NCBI GenBank assembly: GCA_965116885.1
Contig: OZ220741.1
Location: forward strand, 512,001-576,000
Direction of reading: 5' to 3'
DNA: 64,000 bases
DNA from: Candidatus Latescibacterota bacterium
GTDB taxonomy: Bacteria; Latescibacterota; UBA2968
Positions within the stretch are counted from its first letter, which is position 1; the number at the start of each line of letters is the position of its first letter. A program made the translations under genes and the position numbers. The notes under the pieces are model-generated. The model was not told where the DNA came from. It did no database searches and saw only the letters and a program-made list of their open reading frames with translations. This document shows, in pieces, positions 58,030 to 64,000 of this stretch.

Positions 58030-59319
58030 ATGCCAGATCGTCCCAATATCCTCTTCATCATCACCGACCAGCAATACGCCGGGGCCATGTCCTGCGCGGG
58101 CAACCCCGATGTACACACCCCCAATATGGACAGCCTCGCCGAAACCGGCGTGCGCTTCACCCGCGCCTATTGCACGCATCCCCTGTGCGGTCCCCAGCGC
58201 GCCAGCTATATGACGGGCCTCTATCCCCATCAAAACGGCGCAACGAGCAACGGCACCCCGATCAAAGCCGAATACAAAGGCCAAACCCTCAGCAACTTTC
58301 TCAAAAACGCGAACTACGATTGCGCCCTCTCCGGCAAATGGCATGTCCCGGGCACCACACCCGAAGAAAGCGGCCTCGAAGTCATCTGCGGCAACCGCGA
58401 CGACGAAGTGCCCCTTCGCGCCATCGAATTTATGAAACGCGACCGCGACAACCCCTTCTTCCTCATCGCGTCATTCCTCAACCCCCACGACATCTGTCAG
58501 GTCGCCCGCAGTCAGCCGCTCCCCCAAGGTCCTGTGCCAGAACCAGCAACCGTAGAAGAATGCCCGAACCTGCCCGCGAACTTCGCCATCCCGCCCTATT
58601 CACCCGACATCCTGCAAATGCTGCGCCAGGCCAACCGCCGCGTCTATCCCACCATCGAATACACCGAAGACGATTGGCGACAACTCCGCTTCCTCTATTA
58701 CCGCCTGTGCGAAAAAGTCGATGCCGAAATCGGCGTCCTCCTCAACGGCTTGCGCGACCTGGACCTCGAAGAAGATACGTATATCGTCTTCACCTCAGAT
58801 CACGGCGACGGACACGGCGCACACAACTGGAATCAAAAAACCAGCCTCTACGAAGAAGTCATCAACATCCCATTCATCATCAGCCACAAAGGCGTCACGC
58901 AACCCGGCGGCGTCAACGACACGCATCTCGTCTCCCTCGGCCTCGACCTGTTGCCCACCTTATGCGACATCGGCGGTGCGAACACTCCCGATGGCCTCGA
59001 CGGATTGAGCCTGCGGTCTCTCGCAGAAGGCAACACAGCCGGTGAATGGCGCGACGACCTCGTCGTTGAAACCATCATCGACCTCGGTTCTGGTCCAGGC
59101 GGCAGCGGTGCTTCGCGCGCCGTCCTCACCGACCGCTACAAATACAGTGCCTTTCCCATGGGCCGCAACCGCGAACAACTCATCGACCTCCAGGACGACC
59201 CCGGCGAAATGGTCAACCTCGCCGTCAACGCGCGCTTCAAAAATGAACTCGACGACCACCGCCGCCGCCTGCGCGACTGGTGCGAAAAAACAAATGATAG
59301 GTCTTTTACAGGTGTATAG
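58030..59319 (+). CDS. Sulfatase (Cys-type)
   Basis: RPNILFIITDQ, CGPQRAS.MTG, GKWH, NPHD, TSDHGD. Confidence 0.92.
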   Translation: MPDRPNILFIITDQQYAGAMSCAGNPDVHTPNMDSLAETGVRFTRAYCTHPLCGPQRASYMTGLYPHQNGATSNGTPIKAEYKGQTLSNFLKNANYDCALSGKWHVPGTTPEESGLEVICGNRDDEVPLRAIEFMKRDRDNPFFLIASFLNPHDICQVARSQPLPQGPVPEPATVEECPNLPANFAIPPYSPDILQMLRQANRRVYPTIEYTEDDWRQLRFLYYRLCEKVDAEIGVLLNGLRDLDLEEDTYIVFTSDHGDGHGAHNWNQKTSLYEEVINIPFIISHKGVTQPGGVNDTHLVSLGLDLLPTLCDIGGANTPDGLDGLSLRSLAEGNTAGEWRDDLVVETIIDLGSGPGGSGASRAVLTDRYKYSAFPMGRNREQLIDLQDDPGEMVNLAVNARFKNELDDHRRRLRDWCEKTNDRSFTGV

Positions 59320-59358
59320 TTTTACCGCTTAAATCTTTACCTTAACAGGAGTTCCAAA

Positions 59359-60120
59359 ATGGCTGAAAACCTGCTCAAGAACAAACTCTCCAATGGCGAC
59401 GTTGCCATCGGGCCTTTCGTCAACCTCAGCTCTGGTGCGCTCATCGAAATCGCGGCATACAGCGGATTTGACTTTGTCATCCTCGACACCGAACACGGGC
59501 CGCTCGACATACCCACCTGCGAAGACCTCTGCCGCGTTGCACACGGCGTCGATATCACACCCATAGTCAGAGTGCGAGAAAATGACCCCGCACAAATCCT
59601 GCGCGCCCTCGACATCGGCGCTGGCGGCGTACAGGTACCGCAAATCTGCAACAAAGCCGATGCCGAAGCCGTAGTACGAGCCGCCAAATATTCACCGCTG
59701 GGCATGCGGGGCGTCTCGCCCTATACCCGGGCAGCCCGTTATTTTGCAGATGGTGGCGCCATCTTTGAACGCCTCAATGCCTCATCGATGATACTCATCC
59801 ACATCGAAGGCGTGGAAGGCCTTGAAAACCTCGAAGAAATCATCTCCGTTCCAGGTCTCGACGTCATCTTCCTGGGACCTTATGACCTGTCGCAATCTCT
59901 CGGCATACCCGGTCAGGTCAACGACCCGCGCGTGGTTGACCGAATGCGCGAAGCCGCAAACTTAATCAACGACGCCGGACTCACCGTCGGCACATTTGCC
60001 GACTCCCCCGAAGCCGCCAACCGCTGGATTGACGCGGGCGTGGGCTACATCTCGCTCTCCGTTGACACGGGCATCTACCTCTACGGCTGCCGCCACATCC
60101 TTCGTGAAATCCGCACCTGA
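59359..60120 (+). CDS. HpcH/HpaI aldolase family
   Basis: GFDFVILDTEHGP, RALDIGAGGV.VP, FLGPYDLS.SLG. Confidence 0.9.
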   Translation: MAENLLKNKLSNGDVAIGPFVNLSSGALIEIAAYSGFDFVILDTEHGPLDIPTCEDLCRVAHGVDITPIVRVRENDPAQILRALDIGAGGVQVPQICNKADAEAVVRAAKYSPLGMRGVSPYTRAARYFADGGAIFERLNASSMILIHIEGVEGLENLEEIISVPGLDVIFLGPYDLSQSLGIPGQVNDPRVVDRMREAANLINDAGLTVGTFADSPEAANRWIDAGVGYISLSVDTGIYLYGCRHILREIRT

Positions 60121-60131
60121 TCCATCATCGC

Positions 60132-60166
60132 AAAAAAAGAATAAGGAGATACCATCCGGTATCTCC
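60132..60166 (-). terminator. Intrinsic terminator T2 (repeat of T1)
   Basis: GGAGATACC-ATCC-GGTATCTCC with an A-rich flank on the + strand. Confidence 0.75.
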
Positions 60167-60212
60167 ATACACATCAAGCTAAGGGGTGAAAAAGAGATAG
60201 TCAGCAATTTAT

Positions 60213-60276
60213 AAAAAAAGACAGTCAAGGGGAGACCTTGCTCCCGCGGTCCAATAGGTCAGACCTCTCGACTGTG
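60213..60276 (-). ncRNA. Candidate ~63-nt three-way-junction small RNA (unassigned)
   Basis: P1 ACAGUCGAG/CUUGACUGU, P2 GGUCUGA/UUGGACC, P3 GGGAG/CUCCC, then U7; three G-U pairs work only on the minus strand; starts about 7 nt after TAAAAT. Confidence 0.55.
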
Positions 60277-60343
60277 CTGACAATTTTACTCAAAATCTAT
60301 GTTCAATTCCCGTTTTCCAACGGGAAGGGCTTAGGAAAATTGC

Positions 60344-60694
60344 TTAACCCTTGATGTAGGTCATAAAACTGAGGATAATAACCGCGACTGCAATGAGCAA
60401 AGACAACCATTTTATGGTTTGCCCTTCGACGCGGTTAATATCGCTTTTTAAATTGGTCTCTACGCGGTTAATATCGCTTTTTAAGGTACTTTCCAGGCGA
60501 TTAAAGCCCGCGTTCATCTGGGTGATCAGTTGCTCAAAACGGTTGATCGTCTGATCTTCTATACGGTTAATATCTTTTGTGTTCTGTTCGGTCTGGTCGT
60601 CAAGCCCAACCCCATTTTTTTCAATATTAATTAACCGCTGGTCTTGTTCGGCCACTTTCTTTTCAAGCCGTGCTATCTTCTCGGAATCTGTCAT
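60344..60694 (-). CDS. Bdr/DUF1640-like coiled-coil protein with 11-aa repeats and C-terminal TM helix
   Basis: LKSDINRVE repeated with a 33-bp period; IKWLSLLIAVAVIILSFMTYIKG. Confidence 0.7.
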   Translation of the reverse strand: MTDSEKIARLEKKVAEQDQRLINIEKNGVGLDDQTEQNTKDINRIEDQTINRFEQLITQMNAGFNRLESTLKSDINRVETNLKSDINRVEGQTIKWLSLLIAVAVIILSFMTYIKG

Positions 60695-60772
60695 GACAAT
60701 TTATCTTCCCTTTTTGTTTTGATACCCCTGATTTGACCACCCATACAGGTTAGACCTCTTGACTATGTGATA

Positions 60773-60801
60773 ATTTTACTCAAAATCTACATGCAAATCA
60801 A
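60773..60801 (-). promoter_or_regulatory. Sigma70-type promoter; -10/leader region duplicated at 60256-60299
   Basis: TTGATT-17 nt-TAAAAT. Confidence 0.6.
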
Positions 60802-60830
60802 GGGCGATTGCAATAAATATTTGGAAATGC

Positions 60831-60857
60831 AAAAAGGAGACACCATCTGGTATCTCC
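60831..60857 (-). terminator. Intrinsic terminator T1 downstream of gdh
   Basis: Minus strand GGAGATACC-AGAT-GGTGTCTCC-TTTTT. Confidence 0.75.
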
Positions 60858-60995
60858 TATTTTTATTTATTCTGCATGGACGACTTCGGCGTCACGCCAG
60901 GAGTAACAGATAAATATCATGCGTCACCATCTTCCGTTTGATGATGCTTGTGAACCAGGTAGTAACCGTCCATCGCAACGACCAGTGCGTTCATC

Positions 60996-62294
60996 TCAAT
61001 CACTCCCACCCGTGAAATAACTCTTGGTACCCTTGGCTTGCACTGCATCGCCGATTCGGTTCAAAGCGTGGACATAAGCCGCGGTACGCTGGGAAATACC
61101 CTGTGTCTGGGCAATATCCCAAATGTGCTCTGTCTCCTCGACCATCTTCTGTTTCAGCCGTTGATTGACCTCATCCAGCGTCCAGTACAACCCCTGGCGG
61201 TTCTGCACCCACTCAAAATAACTCACCGTCACCCCACCGGCATTGACCAGAATATCGGGAAACACCACCACATCTCGTCCGCGCAAAATCTCGTCCGCCT
61301 CCGGAGTCGTCGGACCATTTGCCAGTTCGTATACCGCCTTCGCCTTAATATCGCGGGCATTCGACGCTGTAATCTGGTTCTCCAGCGCCGCTGGCGCCAG
61401 AATATCGACATCGAGCGTGAGCAATTCCTCATTGGTAATCGTCTCGTGATCGACCGCATTGCACACACTACCCTCGCAGTAAACAGCTTTAAGCGCGCGG
61501 GTCGAATCCTTGAACTGCCGCACACTGGGAATATCGAGACCCTCTCGCCGATATATCCCACCCTGAGAATCACTCACCGCCACAACCTTATAACCAGCAT
61601 TAAAAAGCAACTCGGCGATAATAGCCCCGGCATTGCCAAAGCCCTGTACTGCCACAGTCGTCGTAGCGGGCGAGCCACTCAACCCGAGCCTGGGCAAAGT
61701 CGCCTCCATCGTAAAAAAGGCGCCCATCGCAGTCGCCTTATCCCTCCCCAGACTCCCTCCCATAGTCAAAGGCTTGCCGGTAATCACCGCAGGCGCAATC
61801 TGCCGCTTAATAATACCATACTGATCCACCATCCAGCCCATAATCATCTCATTGGTATAAACATCCGGCGCTGGAATATCGACATCCGGACCGATAAAAT
61901 CGGCCACCGCGTCGATATAACCCCGACTGAGCCGCTCCAGTTCAAACGGAGACAGCGACTTGGGATCAACCGTTATGCCGCCTTTCCCCCCACCAAAGGG
62001 CAAATTGGCCACCGCACATTTAAAAGTCATCCAAAAAGCCAGAGACTGCACCTCGTCAATAGACACATCTGGATGGAAGCGAATGCCCCCTTTGGTGGGA
62101 CCTCGCGTATCGTCGTAGCGCACCCGGTACCCCGGAAAAATACGCAACTCGCCGTTATCCATCCGCACCGGGATAGAAACTTTCAAACTCGACCTGGGCA
62201 ATTTGAGCCGCTCAATCGCCTCCTCGGAAATAGAAGCATACGCCAGAGCTTCATCGAGCCGTTGGCTGGCATCGCTGAACAATGATTCGGACAT
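60996..62294 (-). CDS. gdh: Glu/Leu/Phe/Val dehydrogenase (glutamate dehydrogenase)
   Basis: GPTKGGIRF, GGGKGG, DIPAPD, ITGKP, VQGFGNAG, NAGGVTVSYFEWVQN. Confidence 0.93.
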   Translation of the reverse strand: MSESLFSDASQRLDEALAYASISEEAIERLKLPRSSLKVSIPVRMDNGELRIFPGYRVRYDDTRGPTKGGIRFHPDVSIDEVQSLAFWMTFKCAVANLPFGGGKGGITVDPKSLSPFELERLSRGYIDAVADFIGPDVDIPAPDVYTNEMIMGWMVDQYGIIKRQIAPAVITGKPLTMGGSLGRDKATAMGAFFTMEATLPRLGLSGSPATTTVAVQGFGNAGAIIAELLFNAGYKVVAVSDSQGGIYRREGLDIPSVRQFKDSTRALKAVYCEGSVCNAVDHETITNEELLTLDVDILAPAALENQITASNARDIKAKAVYELANGPTTPEADEILRGRDVVVFPDILVNAGGVTVSYFEWVQNRQGLYWTLDEVNQRLKQKMVEETEHIWDIAQTQGISQRTAAYVHALNRIGDAVQAKGTKSYFTGGSD

Positions 62295-62305
62295 GGATCC
62301 CCCTC

Positions 62306-62340
62306 AAACAGAAAGCCGTCAGGGATATATCCTGACGGCT
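62306..62340 (-). terminator. Terminator-like hairpin after dksA
   Basis: AGCCGTCAGG/CCTGACGGCT followed by TTCTGTTT on the minus strand. Confidence 0.65.
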
Positions 62341-62365
62341 ATGAAATCACTAAAAAATTTCAGAA

Positions 62366-62806
62366 TTACTCATCATCATCTGTAGAAATAGGCAAATCTT
62401 CGCGCTTCAAAACGCGGCGACGGGGCCGACTAAGCTGTTGGGGTGTACGCTCGAGCCGTTCCTGAACCTGCACCGTATAACGCGCCGTGGGCATAGCCTC
62501 GAGCCGCAAGGGATGAATGGGTTCACCGGATTCTTCGCAAAACCCATAAGATCCATTTTCAATTTTTTGTAAGGCATTGTCAATCTCTGCCAATTCGCGT
62601 CGCTCGTGATTCCCCAGCGACGTCATCAACTCCAGCGACGACGCATTGCCAGCCGCATCGAGCGGATCGGCTGCGACATCGCCTCTAATTTCGTCAAGGT
62701 CTTCATCTTGATTGAGCACTTGCTTGAGCAACTCGCGCTTGCGCTCAGTCAAAATTTTTTTATAAAACGCGAGCTGTTCATCACTCAAAGGTTCATGCTT
62801 TGTCAT
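62366..62806 (-). CDS. dksA: TraR/DksA-family transcription factor with a single Cys
   Basis: DPLD acidic tip, ALQKIENGSYGFCEESGEPI..RLEAMP.AR. Confidence 0.8.
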   Translation of the reverse strand: MTKHEPLSDEQLAFYKKILTERKRELLKQVLNQDEDLDEIRGDVAADPLDAAGNASSLELMTSLGNHERRELAEIDNALQKIENGSYGFCEESGEPIHPLRLEAMPTARYTVQVQERLERTPQQLSRPRRRVLKREDLPISTDDDE

Positions 62807-62939
62807 TACTTATCGGTCCTTTTTTATTTTATTTGTCAATACGCAGGGAGGGGTGCTTCCGCCCCTGTGAAAATTTGTCCGCAATTATATGTCAGCGGCA
62901 AAATAATGTCAAGTCTTGCAAAACAAAAAATTAGACGTT

Positions 62940-64000
62940 CTATCCCCCAAGCACAGCCAAAAAATCTTCTACAGAAAGTGCATTGAGCACACCATCAGCC
63001 GTCAGACCCCCCTTTCTGGCAATCCCCAACCCAAAGCACATATCTTTCAGTCCCTCAGTACTGTGGGCATCTGTATTAATCGGAATCTGAACACCCTTCT
63101 CCTGCGCATAAGATAAAAATCGCCAATCCAACTCCAAACGCGCGGGATTGGCATTGATCTCAATTGCCGTACGCGCCTCGGCCGCAGCATCAATCACAGC
63201 CTTCATATTGAGCGGATAACCCTCACGGGACAATAACAAACGGCCTGATGGATGCCCCAAAATATCGACATGAGGATTTAGAACCGCGCGAATCAACCGA
63301 TCAGTAGCCTCCTTTTCAGTCATTGAAAACTTCGAATGCACAGACGCAACCACCAAATCGAACTCAGACAAAAATTCATCGTCAAAATCTAACCGCCCAT
63401 CGCTAAAAATATCCACCTCAATACCCTTCAACACCCGAATACCTTCCACGGCATCGTTGACCCGATCAATCTCATCCCACTGCAACCGCACGCGATCTTC
63501 ATTCAGCCCATTGGCATAAGCCGCGGCCTTGCTGTGATCGCAAATACCGATATACGCATAACCCAGCACCTTTGCCGCCCGTGCCATATCCTCCACGCTA
63601 TGCCGCCCATCGCTATACGTCGTGTGAACATGAAGCGTACCCTTCAGATCGGATTGCGCGACCAACCCGGGCAGTGGCGCTCGTTCTGCGCGTTCGATCT
63701 CATCCCGTCCCTCGCGCAACTCGGGCGGAATATAATGCAAACCCAACGCGGCAAATAACGCTTTCTCATCGGCACATACCGCGTTTTCATCCCCCTTGAA
63801 CAAACCGTATTCATTGAGCTTCATACCCCGGTCTTTTGCCCGCTGCCGCATCGCGGTATTGTGTTCTTTGCTCCCCGTAAAATGGTGCAATGCATAGGGA
63901 AACGCCGCATCCGGCACAATCCTCAAATCCGCGCGCATGCCCGAATCCAACACAACACTCACCTTTGTCTCCCCGCGCCCTGTAACCTCCGCCACGCCGG
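62940..64000 (-). CDS. polX: DNA polymerase X / PHP fusion, C-terminal part (5'-truncated by window edge)
   Basis: HFTGSKEHN..R, LNEYGLF, IPPELRE, LHVHTTYSDG, DHS, EINA.P.RL, NTDAH. Confidence 0.93.
   Translation of the reverse strand, partial: GVAEVTGRGETKVSVVLDSGMRADLRIVPDAAFPYALHHFTGSKEHNTAMRQRAKDRGMKLNEYGLFKGDENAVCADEKALFAALGLHYIPPELREGRDEIERAERAPLPGLVAQSDLKGTLHVHTTYSDGRHSVEDMARAAKVLGYAYIGICDHSKAAAYANGLNEDRVRLQWDEIDRVNDAVEGIRVLKGIEVDIFSDGRLDFDDEFLSEFDLVVASVHSKFSMTEKEATDRLIRAVLNPHVDILGHPSGRLLLSREGYPLNMKAVIDAAAEARTAIEINANPARLELDWRFLSYAQEKGVQIPINTDAHSTEGLKDMCFGLGIARKGGLTADGVLNALSVEDFLAVLGG

Noticed and set aside
60213..60276. Glycine or purine riboswitch, or tRNA
   Set aside because: GAGAG..CCG..GAGCAA is only superficially glycine-like (no CUCAGG); purine junction residues are absent; no T-loop or CCA; no downstream gene on that strand.
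326..62285. Long antisense or alternate-frame ORFs (e.g. 326-1366, 7445-8389, 34636-35376, 51431-52699, 53894-54820, 61038-62285)
   Set aside because: They overlap well-supported genes, have biased low-information composition and no recognisable motifs.

Overview
Gene-dense bacterial chromosomal window; gene style (TonB receptor/PorV-type locus, DUF6785-type transporter, cohesin/dockerin-like protein, sulfatases, Sel1) suggests an FCB-group organism such as Latescibacterota (inference only). Core content: lnt-tatC fusion, bioF, TrmJ, pdxA, a xanthine-dehydrogenase-family molybdoprotein directly upstream of an 11-subunit complex I operon lacking nuoEFG, ftsY, iscS-mrp-moeZ, Hen1-Pnkp RNA repair, two sulfatases, gdh, dksA and a partial PolX-PHP. 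An eroding accessory island (about 41.9-50.9 kb) holds secreted/outer-membrane genes and deletion remnants. Most notable: (1) a single-ORF Lnt-TatC fusion with both sets of functional motifs; (2) a MoeZ whose catalytic Cys codon is an in-frame TGA followed by a bacterial SECIS-like hairpin; (3) a Mo-hydroxylase possibly feeding a headless complex I; (4) a terminator-bounded cassette at 60.1-60.9 kb with a Bdr-like coiled-coil/TM gene and a duplicated promoter driving a candidate ~63-nt three-way-junction sRNA. No rRNA, tRNA, CRISPR array or transposase was recognised. All calls come from reading motifs by eye, with no database searches.
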